A stretch of 63,962 bases of DNA, filler included, from an uncultured bacterium (GTDB lineage Bacteria; CAZSTA01): the NCBI GenBank assembly GCA_964609495.1. It is 6 parts of 6 records of this genome, joined end to end, with 100 filler letters (N's around TTAATTAATTAA, not from the genome) between each part and the next. Parts side by side here need not be neighbours in the genome. Positions count along the whole stretch, not along the records: positions 1 to 11,254 come from CAZSTA010000116.1; positions 11,355 to 22,538 come from CAZSTA010000117.1; 4 more parts are not named here. The stretch is one strand, 5' to 3'. A model generated the notes under the pieces. The model saw only the letters and a list, made by a program, of their open reading frames with translations. It had not been told where the DNA came from and did no database searches. This document shows positions 8,821-18,494 of the stretch, piece after piece. Within the stretch, counting starts at the first letter, position 1. Each line of letters begins with the position of its first letter. The position numbers and the translations under genes are program-made.

Positions 8821-10182
8821 ATGTCTTTTAGATGGAGTATGATTTTAGCCATATTTCTGACTATATTTATCATAGGTGAGGTCTTGGCAGAAGGAGAAAC
8901 TTCTGTTTCCTTAACCTTGGAGGAGAGTATAGAGATAGCTATGGAGAGCAATTTAAGTGTTTACATAGTGGGAAAGAAGATCGCTTTGGCTAAGGAGGGG
9001 GTAAAATTAGCCAGATCAGGATATTTACCTACTATAGATCTTAACCTAAGTTATACTCAGTTAGAGAGGGCTCCTACGACGACTATCCCTGAGATGACTA
9101 TAACTGTAGGGACTGATCCGGTGACTGGTGAACCTATAGAGATAACGGTCCCTGCTACTACTGTTGAAGTAGGATCTGAGGGACAATATTCCTCTCAACT
9201 CTCCTTGTCTCAGACGGTATATGCAGGAGGACGTATTCTCGCGACGATAAGTCAAGCGAAGGCTGGGCAGGATATAGCGGAGAATGAATATATTATAGCT
9301 GAACAGGAATTGATTCTAAACGTTAGTAGAGCTTATTACGGGGTATTATCGGCTCAGCAAATCCTCAAGGTCGCGGAGGATGCCTTGGAGCAAGTGAAGG
9401 CTCATGTGAAGAGTGCTCGGGCGCTCTTTGATGCTGGTATATCCTCCGAGTATGATGTCTTAAGAGCAGAGGTCCAACTAGCCAGCGTTAAACAGGATCT
9501 AACTGGGGCAGAGAACGAGTTAAAATTAGCTAAAGCTGTCTTTAATAACGCGCTGGGGAGGGACCTAGAGAGCGAGGTAGATCTAGCTGAAGAATTAACC
9601 TATGAATCCCTTGAACTAGATTTAGATGCTAGCTTAAAGATGGCTTATGAGAATAGACCTGAGATAAAGCAACTAGAGGCGAGTGAGAAAGTGAATAAGG
9701 CAGCACTTAAGATGGCTGAGGGTGAGAGGTTGCCTAGTGTAATTTTAGCGGGAGATTACCACTGGAGTGATAAGGTTCTCCCTGAGGATGCTAGTTGGTC
9801 GGTTACCTTGGCGGCTAGTTTTAATATATACAACGGAGGAGCAACGGGCGCTAAGATAAATCAGGCGAAGGTGAATCTAGCTCAGGTTGAGGCGAGTAAA
9901 AAACAGTTGCTTCAAGGGATAGCGTTGGAAGTCAGGCAAGCCTATTTAAAATCTGAAGAGGCAAAAGAGAGAATCGAAGTTAGCAAAGTAGCAGTAACTC
10001 AGGCTGAAGAAGGTTTAAGGATAGCCGAGATCAGGTATGAGAATGGATTAGCTCCTAGTGTCGAGATATTGGATGCTCAGACGGCTCTGACTCAAGCTAG
10101 GACTAATTATGTTCAAGCTATGGTCGATTATAAATTGGCGATAATAGAACTGAAGAAAGCGATGGGGACTCTAGGGAGATAG
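8821..10182 (+). CDS. TolC-family outer membrane efflux protein
   Basis: Signal peptide, LTLEESIEIAMESN, two OEP repeats, RYENGLAPSVEILDAQ; GAGGAGG SD before ATG 8821. Confidence 0.9.
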   Translation: MSFRWSMILAIFLTIFIIGEVLAEGETSVSLTLEESIEIAMESNLSVYIVGKKIALAKEGVKLARSGYLPTIDLNLSYTQLERAPTTTIPEMTITVGTDPVTGEPIEITVPATTVEVGSEGQYSSQLSLSQTVYAGGRILATISQAKAGQDIAENEYIIAEQELILNVSRAYYGVLSAQQILKVAEDALEQVKAHVKSARALFDAGISSEYDVLRAEVQLASVKQDLTGAENELKLAKAVFNNALGRDLESEVDLAEELTYESLELDLDASLKMAYENRPEIKQLEASEKVNKAALKMAEGERLPSVILAGDYHWSDKVLPEDASWSVTLAASFNIYNGGATGAKINQAKVNLAQVEASKKQLLQGIALEVRQAYLKSEEAKERIEVSKVAVTQAEEGLRIAEIRYENGLAPSVEILDAQTALTQARTNYVQAMVDYKLAIIELKKAMGTLGR

Positions 10183-10266
10183 CAGAACTGATTAACCTAC
10201 CTCTTTGAGGAGGGAATAAAAAGGCACGTTTAGGAGGAGGCTATCCGCCAGGACTTATCCTCTCTG

Positions 10267-10315
10267 AAAGGAAACTTTTGCTTCCAATAAAACTCAAGGT
10301 TAAAAAGTTTCCTTT
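10267..10315. repeat. ~49-bp inverted-repeat element (AAAGGAAACTTTT...AAAAGTTTCCTTT), copy 1
   Basis: 13-bp terminal inverted repeats; near reverse complement of 13622-13669. Confidence 0.8.
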
Positions 10316-10368
10316 TAGGTAGCTCCCTAACTTTCAAACTCGAGATAGCGAAAGGAGGAATTATTTTA

Positions 10369-11254
10369 ATGATAAGTAAAAAGAGATTATCAAAGATCAT
10401 TATCTTCATAGTTACATTTCAGATGATAGTTGGACAACCGATATTGTTAGTTTATGCTCAGGAAGAAGCGGGGGTGATTTCTGAGACTGGAAATATCTCT
10501 GCCTTCAGGGAAGCACAGGTGTTCTCCAAGATGGCAGGGAGGATAGAGAAGATAGATGTTGAAGTAGGTAGTGTGGTAAAAAAGGGAGATGTTATAGCTG
10601 TTTTAGATAGTAAGGAGATAGCAGTCTCGGTAAAGCAGGCAGAGGCATCTTTAGATGCGGCTAAGGTTAAGTTAGCCCAAGCTGAGCTAACTTTAAAGCT
10701 TAGAAAGATTCAGGTAAATAGTGAGATAGCTCAAGCTGAAGCTGGCTTGGCAGTGGCAAAGGTTCGCTTAGAGCAGGCAAAGAAAGGGGTGGAGTTACAG
10801 GATAAGCAGTTGAAGAGTCAGGTTACACAAGCGGAGTCAGGATTAGAGGTAGCTCAAATTAGGGTTGAGCAGGCGAAGAAGGGGATGGAGTTACAGGATA
10901 AACAGGTGGAGAGTCAGGTTACACAGGTGGAGTCGAAGTTAGAGGTAGCTCAAATTAGAGTTGAGCAGGCAAAGAAAGGGATGGAGTTACAGGATAAGCA
11001 GGTGGAGAGTCAGGTTACACAAGCGGAGTCAGGATTAGAGGTAGCTCAAATTAGAGTTGAGCAGGCGAGGAAGGGGGTGGAGTTACAGGATAAGCAGTTG
11101 GAGAGTCAGGTTACACAGGCGGAGTCAGGGTTAGAGGTAGCTCAAATTAGGGTTGAGCAGGCGAGGAAGGGAGTGGAGTTACAGGATAAGCAGTTGGAGA
11201 GTCAGATAGCACAAGCAGAGTTGGGATTAGAGGTAGCTAAGACTAGGCTGGAAC
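10369..11254 (+). CDS. HlyD/periplasmic adaptor (efflux membrane fusion protein) with 32-aa tandem repeats; 3' partial
   Basis: Lipoyl half-motif SKMAGRIEKIDVEVGSVVKKGDVIAVLDS, then coiled coil; downstream of TolC; runs into contig end. Confidence 0.85.
10771..11250 (+). repeat. Five tandem 96-bp coding repeats (EQAKKGVELQDKQLESQVTQAESGLEVAQIRV)
   Basis: Direct inspection of DNA and protein. Confidence 0.95.
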
Positions 11255-11354
11255 NNNNNNNNNNNNNNNNNNNNNNNNNNNNNNNNNNNNNNNNNNNNTT
11301 AATTAATTAANNNNNNNNNNNNNNNNNNNNNNNNNNNNNNNNNNNNNNNNNNNN
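11255..11354. other. Artificial contig linker
   Basis: N44-TTAATTAATTAA-N44, stops in all six frames. Confidence 0.99.
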
Positions 11355-12437
11355 TAAGAGATCCTGACCGGTGGAGACATCTAAGATGAAGACATCATAT
11401 CTTCCATCACTATCATCATACTTATAATAGGCAAGCTTATCTCCATCGGGCGACCAATCTGGTTCTAATATCTCATTCCCCTTTCGCTTAAAGTAGGTCA
11501 GACGCTTGACTTGGGGCAAACCTCGCTCATCCATCTCCCTAAGATCTATAATGTATAGATCGGAATGACCATCCCTAGTCGAACAGAAAGCTAATCTTTC
11601 TCCATCAGGCGACCAAGTGCAATACATATTCTCCGCAGGATAATCCGTAATATTAATGGGGTGCTTTCCATCAGGATACATGAGGAATATATCCTTATCG
11701 CTGGAAGTGGCGCTATAGCGATGGAAAGCTAATTTATTAACATCTGGATTGGTCCAGATTACCTTCACTCTCCTGGAGGAGGAAACCGAATTTCCTCCCG
11801 GTCCATCATTCACATATAGGTTGATCACATACTCCCCATCAGCAGTTGGAGGAGAATATATTACCTCAGAGCCACTGCTGGATATCATATTTCCCCAACC
11901 ACTTCCCGAGACGCTCCACTCGTAAGTAAGGGGATCTCCATCAACATCCTCGACGCTAGCTGATACATATATCGAACTATATAGAACCACGAGAGCATCT
12001 GGTTCATCTTGAGCCCTGAGGGAGCTATCAACCCCGACACTTATACCCTTGATCGTAGGAGGGTTATTAGGAGAAGGAGGAGACTCCTTTTTGAATACCC
12101 TTATCTCCAAACAGCCCATCACTTTCTCTTTTCCATCAGAGATCTCTACTGTCGCTTTATAATCCCCTGGAGTATCACCTGCGGTATAGGTAACTCTTTG
12201 TCCCTTATTAGAGGATAAAGTCCCTTTCTCCACGCTCCAGGTATAAGTCAGTTTATCTCCATCTGCATCTCGACCCTCAGCATAGAGGATCGCTTTGCCT
12301 CCCGTAGCTACTGTGGAGGGATTAGCCCCCATCCTGATTATCTCGGGAGAATGATTAACCGGCATATTCTCAGCACAGCCCATAATTAAATTGAGAATTA
12401 ATAATTCCGAAACGATCAAGATGAGATTTTTTTTCAT
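11355..12437 (-). CDS. Lipoprotein with two PKD/Ig-like domains and TolB-like PD40 repeats; 3' partial
   Basis: Lipobox LIMGC; DADGDKLTYTWS and DVDGDPLTYEWS; WSPDG repeats. Confidence 0.8.
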
Positions 12438-12520
12438 AGTTATTACCAGTCATGAAAACTATTAATTGAGCGGGTTTTCTTCCGTTTTCCGATCTCTATC
12501 CTCGACTTTCCCTCAAGTAT

Positions 12521-12603
12521 AAGGAAACTTTTTAACCTTATATATTTTTGCCGGCAAAAGTTACCAGAACACTTGAGTTTTGTTCGAGGCAAAAGTTTCC
12601 TTT
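12521..12603. repeat. One degenerate plus one partial copy of the AAAGGAAACTTTT element
   Basis: AAGGAAACTTTTTAACCTT...GCAAAAGTTACC, then CTTGAGTTTT...GCAAAAGTTTCCTTT. Confidence 0.7.
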
Positions 12604-13603
12604 ATGCTGACCAGAGCTGCAATCCTCTGAAATCGAAGTTGAAATCTATGATTCTCGCTCCTGCAGACTCTAACACTTTCCTAACATCATCCTCTCGATC
12701 GGAATCGCAGTAGAATAGCAAACATCCTCCTCCGCCAGCTCCACAACCCTTCCCTCCCAAAGCACCATTTTTAAGAGCGGCCTTAAACAGATAATCTATA
12801 TAATCGTTGGTAACTGAGGTATCCCACATCTTCTGACATTCCCAATTCTCCAATAAAATCTCGCCGAGGCGATCTAATTCCCCTTCCGTCAAAGCTTCTC
12901 TCATATCTAAAGCAAGCTCCTTTAGTTTATAAAGAGATTCGGATATCTCAGTCCTTTCCTTATAGCCTTGAAGATTGCTGACTATATCGCCAGAGAGCCT
13001 CGATTTTCCAGTATAACACAAGACTAGATGTTTCTCCAAATCATAAATAACTTCATCCTTGATCTTCAACTGATGAGGGATAACCACATCTTCAAACTCT
13101 ATATAGTTAAAACCACCGATAGAGGCGGCATATTGATCTTGCTTCCCCACCACGATGCTTAATTCCTCGATCTCCAGCTTCTGGGCCAATTCTGCTATTT
13201 CTGACTTGGTGAGTCTATCTTCCTCAGTATAACTAAGTAATCCTATTAAAGCTACTCCTACCGAGGCCGAAGTCCCTAATCCTGAGCCAGGGGGGGCATC
13301 ACAGCGGGTCAAAATGTCCATACCAAAATCTATCTTCAACCTCTTGATCGCTGCCTTTATCAGATCGAGATGACCATCGTATTCTAGCTCTCGCCAATGA
13401 GCAACCTCCACCGAGGTATCGAAGTCCTGAGATATTATCTTAACTGCCTCAGAGTCATCATCTCTCCGACGAAGGGTGCAATAGGTATAGCGATTAATAG
13501 TCGCGTTTACAACTGCCCCTCCCACCTCCTCCGCGAAGGGCGATAAATCTGTTCCTCCTCCAGCGAAATCGATTCTAACTGGAGCTCGACTGCGTAGAAT
13601 CAT
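12602..13603 (-). CDS. hddA: GHMP kinase, D-glycero-alpha-D-manno-heptose-7-phosphate kinase-like
   Basis: RAPVRIDFAGGGTD, PPGSGLGTS, GKQDQY, GAGGGG. Confidence 0.8.
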   Translation of the reverse strand: MILRSRAPVRIDFAGGGTDLSPFAEEVGGAVVNATINRYTYCTLRRRDDDSEAVKIISQDFDTSVEVAHWRELEYDGHLDLIKAAIKRLKIDFGMDILTRCDAPPGSGLGTSASVGVALIGLLSYTEEDRLTKSEIAELAQKLEIEELSIVVGKQDQYAASIGGFNYIEFEDVVIPHQLKIKDEVIYDLEKHLVLCYTGKSRLSGDIVSNLQGYKERTEISESLYKLKELALDMREALTEGELDRLGEILLENWECQKMWDTSVTNDYIDYLFKAALKNGALGGKGCGAGGGGCLLFYCDSDREDDVRKVLESAGARIIDFNFDFRGLQLWSA

Positions 13604-13621
13604 CAGTTCAAACCCTCCTTG

Positions 13622-13669
13622 AAAGGAAACTTTTTTACCTTAAATTTATTGGAAGCAAAAGTTTCCTTT
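13622..13669. repeat. ~48-bp inverted-repeat element, further copy
   Basis: AAAGGAAACTTTTTTACCTTAAATTTATTGGAAGCAAAAGTTTCCTTT. Confidence 0.8.
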
Positions 13670-13682
13670 GTGTAAAGTCTGC

Positions 13683-15065
13683 TCAATTACCAATTTCATT
13701 TTTCATCTTATAAGCGTTCTCTTCTCCGAATATCCTGAAGATAAGAAGTATTAATAAGGGAATATAATAGTATATAGCTATCATATCTGCAAATAATATA
13801 AAACTGAGATAAGCTAAAGATATATAGAGAAAGCAATCGCTCGAAGTTCTTATTCTACTATAGGCTAAGATCATTACTATTAGAAGTAGAATTATCTGAA
13901 TCGGTTGTAAATATCTGCTCTTTCCCCAAAGATAAAACCATCCTGAGAATCCAATAACTTCCATCCAAGCTTGGTTCTGTTCCCACTTCTCCAAGGCGAA
14001 TCTTTGCAGGCGAAATATGGTGGATTCCAAGAACGAACTTATACTACCGATCATAAAGGGCAAGATCAGAAGAGAGGCGACGAGAAGAGAGATAATCGCT
14101 AACTCAAATAATTTCCTCAATCCCAATCTTTTATATAAATAGACCAGCAAAACTGGAACGAATACTAAAGCGGTCTGGAGTGTGGACAGGGATAATCCGA
14201 AGAATAAAGCTGACCATCCGAATCTTCTCCTTACCAAGAGGAAGAAAGATATGGTGAAGAACATCCAAAAGACGGGAACCTCAGAGGTTACATCATTCAA
14301 AATAGCCTCTCTAGTGTAGAAAAAAGCGATGAGAGGGGCTAGAAGAAGGGGACTCTCGTTTATATCCGCTTGCGCGAGCTTATATAACAGATAGATTATA
14401 ACTAGCGTCGCTATGATATTCGCCAAGCGGATATCGATCCCTAAAGCGTAGAAAGGGAGATAAGTCAACCACGTCAAAGGAAGATATACAAGGGGAAATT
14501 TCCAAGGCATATAGAGAGCGTGGTAGGGATTTACCCCGCGGAGGAAATTGGCACACGCCTCTTGAACTATCGGCAACATATCAGCTCTTCTATAGTCCAA
14601 AGGGATATGGGTTATAAGCAATGTCCTATAGACGATCCCTATGATAACGATGAAGAGCAGAATCCTCCCCCAAGAAGGAGGTTTGAGGAATAAGAATATA
14701 AAGCTTGCGAAAGAGAGAAGAAAAAATATTAAGAATACGTAGTTCATCTGAACTACTGGACGATAGAAAGATCTGAAAAAGGATATAGCTAAGAATAACG
14801 CCCCTACCGATATATTTATTCTCTTTTCAGAGAGCCTATCAAGATCGATAATCTTTGTCTCCAAGCGGAAAATCGATTTTCGGCTAAAGGATATATTCCT
14901 AGCAATACCTGGAAAAAGAACGAAGATAGTTACCCCTATAAAGATCAATGTGGCGATCAGCATTGCCAGGCGAGGGAGGAGCTTCAACCCTCCATGTAAG
15001 GAGATCATCGCCGCTAGCACGATTACACCCAAGCTACTCAGTTGCTTCCCTTTTATATCTGTCAT
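13683..15065 (-). CDS. Polytopic membrane protein, GT-C fold (GT87/DUF2029-like) glycosyltransferase
   Basis: Many TM helices; ADML...FLRGVNPY...YLP motif typical of GT-C enzymes. Confidence 0.6.
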   Translation of the reverse strand: MTDIKGKQLSSLGVIVLAAMISLHGGLKLLPRLAMLIATLIFIGVTIFVLFPGIARNISFSRKSIFRLETKIIDLDRLSEKRINISVGALFLAISFFRSFYRPVVQMNYVFLIFFLLSFASFIFLFLKPPSWGRILLFIVIIGIVYRTLLITHIPLDYRRADMLPIVQEACANFLRGVNPYHALYMPWKFPLVYLPLTWLTYLPFYALGIDIRLANIIATLVIIYLLYKLAQADINESPLLLAPLIAFFYTREAILNDVTSEVPVFWMFFTISFFLLVRRRFGWSALFFGLSLSTLQTALVFVPVLLVYLYKRLGLRKLFELAIISLLVASLLILPFMIGSISSFLESTIFRLQRFALEKWEQNQAWMEVIGFSGWFYLWGKSRYLQPIQIILLLIVMILAYSRIRTSSDCFLYISLAYLSFILFADMIAIYYYIPLLILLIFRIFGEENAYKMKNEIGN

Positions 15066-15104
15066 AAATAATTAAGGGGATAAAGGAAATTACATCTAGT
15101 ATCC

Positions 15105-16436
15105 TTATAAGGATTTAGATAAGGGCTCCAAAGGTCGATAGCTTCTTTCTTGGCGATGTGTCTTTGGAATATGTAATAAATCATACTCAGCAAAGTTTTT
15201 ACATCCTCCATATAAATCTGGTTGTAAAGTTATTTCTTCTACTATTTCTATTACACTCTCACGGAAAAGATGCTTATTGAGTTCTATTCCTATACCCACT
15301 CTATTATATTTAGCCGCGACTATTGCTGTTGTAAAACTTCCCGCGAAAGGGTCTAATATAATTTCACCAGGATAAGTATAGTTCAATATAGCCATCTCAG
15401 GTATATCTTCCGGAAAGGGAGCGGTGTGTCCTAAAACGTTCTCGCCTTTTGAATTTATCTTTATTACTGGGGGAAAACGAACGATATCTTTTCGCCATTT
15501 TTTGATTAAACTTTCGGGAATTTTATATTCTTTTGTTTGATGTCTTTGAGTTATATTGGTTTTAAGGGAAAATCGCTTACCTCTATTTGATTTACTTCTC
15601 ACGAAACAATTTTCATTATTACATTCCCAGCTTTGTAAACCGATTTCAGATTGGGTATTGTCATTTACTTTTAAACAACCGCAGATGGGACAGGGATAGC
15701 GCGTTTTATCTAATCTATGTTTATGGAAAATAAGAATATGTTCGTAACAATTTACTGGATATTGATAAAATGGATACGGTTTATCTCCGTGTTTATGCCT
15801 TTGTGTTTGCACCTCTCCTTTGTCCCAAATGTAATCGTCTATAAAAGTGAAGCCTATTTCCTCAAAAAGTTTAATGAAATATGCACCAAGCGGGATCCTC
15901 CTTTTACCCCACACTGATTTAGTCACCAATCCGTCATTATCATAAATATCACCAACATTAAACACGAATACCCTATGATTATCCAGCACCCTATAACACT
16001 CTGTAAGAATCTCTTTCATATCTAAAAAATAGTCATTCAAGTTTTCCCATTTAGAGTATTCCCTGGCATTATAATAGGGGGGCGAAGTGACTATTAGATG
16101 CACAGATTCGGATTTCATTCTTCTTAAAACTTGATAACAGTCGCCCCATACAAGTTTTATCTGTGAACTCTTGTCCTCAATAAATTTACCCAGTTCCGCG
16201 TCATAATGAGGAGAAGTTTTCAATTGATATTGTCTCTTAGCTAATTCACAATAAACTTTATCAAAGTAATCTATATATTCTTGGGTTGAATTTCCTTGAT
16301 AAGATTTTAGTAACTCAAATAGCTCTTGAAGTTCCTCATCTGAGAACTGCCCTTTTAGATATGATTCGCTTATCCTTATAATATCATCGAAGTAATTCCC
16401 GAATATTAGTTCTTTCTCACTCGCCATCTTTACCAC
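15105..16436 (-). CDS. Orphan beta-class N4-C/N6-A DNA methyltransferase with Cys-rich insertion
   Basis: TSPPYY (motif IV) precedes HTAPFP and ILDPFAGS (motif I); CPIC...CNNENC insertion. Confidence 0.9.
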   Translation of the reverse strand: MVKMASEKELIFGNYFDDIIRISESYLKGQFSDEELQELFELLKSYQGNSTQEYIDYFDKVYCELAKRQYQLKTSPHYDAELGKFIEDKSSQIKLVWGDCYQVLRRMKSESVHLIVTSPPYYNAREYSKWENLNDYFLDMKEILTECYRVLDNHRVFVFNVGDIYDNDGLVTKSVWGKRRIPLGAYFIKLFEEIGFTFIDDYIWDKGEVQTQRHKHGDKPYPFYQYPVNCYEHILIFHKHRLDKTRYPCPICGCLKVNDNTQSEIGLQSWECNNENCFVRSKSNRGKRFSLKTNITQRHQTKEYKIPESLIKKWRKDIVRFPPVIKINSKGENVLGHTAPFPEDIPEMAILNYTYPGEIILDPFAGSFTTAIVAAKYNRVGIGIELNKHLFRESVIEIVEEITLQPDLYGGCKNFAEYDLLHIPKTHRQERSYRPLEPLSKSL

Positions 16437-16483
16437 CTATTTATTAATATTGCGAGCAAAAGTTTCCTCCGTCTCTTCTCTCT

Positions 16484-17845
16484 TCACCGAACCCCCTCTC
16501 CCGTTAGGACTACCTTGATCGTATTTACCATAATTTTAAGATCGAGCAGTAAGGATTGATTCTTAACATAATATAGATCATATTCCGCTTTCTCTTTGGG
16601 GGAGAGATTGTAACGTCCGTTTATCTGAGCCAGACCGGTCATCCCTGGTTTGACCTCCAACCTCTTATACCAATCCTTTATCTCCTTACTGAACTGATCA
16701 GAGAATATCGGTCTCTCCGGTCGAGGGCCAACTATACTCATCTCCCCTCTCAGGACATTATACAAATTGAGAAGCTCATCTAAGCTGGTTCTTCTCAAAA
16801 TCCTGCCTGGAAGTGTAATACGAGGATCGTTCTCCTCAGTCACAGTAGGACCAGTTTCATCCTCCGCACGATCGATCATCGAGCGAAACTTGTAGATAAT
16901 AAAAGATCTGCCTCCTCTTCCCACCCTCTCTTGCCTGAGAATAGGATCCCCAGGAGAATCCAGTCTGATAAGGAGAGCGATGATCAGCATAAAAGGGGAA
17001 AAAATCACTAAACCTATAAGGGATATTATTATATCCACAACCCTCTTGACGAATCTATACCATCTTTGATAGGGGGTATCTCTAAGCTCAATTAAGGGGA
17101 TCCCTTCGATCTGACCGATCTTCGCCTTACCAGTTACGATATCATAAAGATCAGGAGTGATCTTAACCCTTACGTGCATCTTCTCTCCCTGAAAGATAGT
17201 ATCTAAGATAGCAGAATGCTTCTCCGGAGGAACAGCAATTATTATCTCCTCTACATTCTCCTCGACTACTATATCGCTTATATCATCCCTGTTCCCCAAA
17301 ACCCTTAGATCATTTATGACCTCTCCTGGTCTTCGCAGATCCTCGTCGATAAAGCCTGCTATCTGATAGCCTAGGCGGGGACGCCTCTGAATCTCGGAGG
17401 CGATCTCTTGTCCCCTATCTCCGGTTCCCACGATCAATACCTTGGTGGTTAATCCCCTCCACCGAGGGATCTTATAGATCACCGCTCGCCAACCAGTTAA
17501 AAAGATGATATTTAATAGCCAGCTATAGACTAACGCCCCTCTAGGGAAGGAGAAAATCCTCACGAACCAAGTAGTAGCCATAACGACCACCAATCCCAAA
17601 GTCACCGCCATTATCACTGAAAATAGGAGATCTATAAAACTGGTATCCCGACCGTTATAGAGATCAAAGAAGTAAAAGGTGAAGATCATTATGACCGTTA
17701 TATAAACCGCGGTATCCATATACACCTGTAGATCTTTCTCAGGTATATCCCACTTAAATCTTAGAAGAAAAGCTAAGAAAGTAGCTAGATTAATCAGAAT
17801 TATATCTACTAGAATAGATAAAACGATTCTACTTCGGATGCGCAT
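16484..17845 (-). CDS. Priming undecaprenyl-phosphate sugar phosphotransferase (WcaJ/CpsE family)
   Basis: Four N-terminal TMs, CoA-binding-like domain, KFRSM, RRTSLDEL, GPRPE, KPGMTGLAQ. Confidence 0.93.
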   Translation of the reverse strand: MRIRSRIVLSILVDIILINLATFLAFLLRFKWDIPEKDLQVYMDTAVYITVIMIFTFYFFDLYNGRDTSFIDLLFSVIMAVTLGLVVVMATTWFVRIFSFPRGALVYSWLLNIIFLTGWRAVIYKIPRWRGLTTKVLIVGTGDRGQEIASEIQRRPRLGYQIAGFIDEDLRRPGEVINDLRVLGNRDDISDIVVEENVEEIIIAVPPEKHSAILDTIFQGEKMHVRVKITPDLYDIVTGKAKIGQIEGIPLIELRDTPYQRWYRFVKRVVDIIISLIGLVIFSPFMLIIALLIRLDSPGDPILRQERVGRGGRSFIIYKFRSMIDRAEDETGPTVTEENDPRITLPGRILRRTSLDELLNLYNVLRGEMSIVGPRPERPIFSDQFSKEIKDWYKRLEVKPGMTGLAQINGRYNLSPKEKAEYDLYYVKNQSLLLDLKIMVNTIKVVLTGEGVR

Positions 17846-17867
17846 ATTCGCTCCCCACTTTTTTAAC

Positions 17868-18485
17868 CTAAAGCCTCATAAGAAAACGAAGCGCCTTAAA
17901 ACCCTCTGCATACTCTACCAGCCCTTGCAATCCTCGATACCTAGCCAGTGACTTCATAATCTCCAATATCTTCAGACTCTTGGCATCCTGCGACTTATGA
18001 GCTTTAATAGCAGCTATCTTCTCATCGATAACCTCGCTGATATCGATAAAGACATCCGGTTCGAAGCTCATACTGGTTGGTCCCTCATACATCAACACTC
18101 GGTTATGAAATCTAGTAGCTGATATCCCGGCATAAGCTAAGTTCCGATGATCCTGATGAGTATCGGATGGAGAAGGCATATAAACTATATCAGGCGTAAT
18201 TCTATCCATAACTGACTCGATAAGGGATATCGATTCTCTGCTCACCGGCAATTCGGTGTCCTTAAATTCTCCCCAAAATATCCTCTTCACTTGCAAAATA
18301 GCAGATGATTCCTCCTGCTCTATCATCGTCCTAACCCTTGGTTCCCCTCCCATAGAACCATCGGTCAGAATAGCAAGATATACCCCGTCCCCTCGACGAG
18401 AGTGCTTTATTAAAGTTCCTCCACATCCTAACTCGATATCATCTGGATGAGCTCCTAAAGCTAATACATTCAACGATAAATCCAC
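17868..18485 (-). CDS. PIG-L/LmbE family N-deacetylase
   Basis: GAHPDDIELGCGGT, HQDH, HKSQ, AEGF. Confidence 0.9.
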   Translation of the reverse strand: MDLSLNVLALGAHPDDIELGCGGTLIKHSRRGDGVYLAILTDGSMGGEPRVRTMIEQEESSAILQVKRIFWGEFKDTELPVSRESISLIESVMDRITPDIVYMPSPSDTHQDHRNLAYAGISATRFHNRVLMYEGPTSMSFEPDVFIDISEVIDEKIAAIKAHKSQDAKSLKILEIMKSLARYRGLQGLVEYAEGFKALRFLMRL

Positions 18486-18494
18486 TCCCTGAAG

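Noticed and set aside
10771-11250. Regular repeats considered as a CRISPR array
   Set aside because: Contiguous in-frame 96-bp coding repeats with no unique spacers; no cas genes in the window
11255-11354. TTAATTAATTAA palindrome recurring five times, and ORF ends running into N stretches
   Set aside because: Artificial contig linkers; stops at 11310, 11307, 33770 and 55854 are not biological, and cross-linker synteny is meaningless
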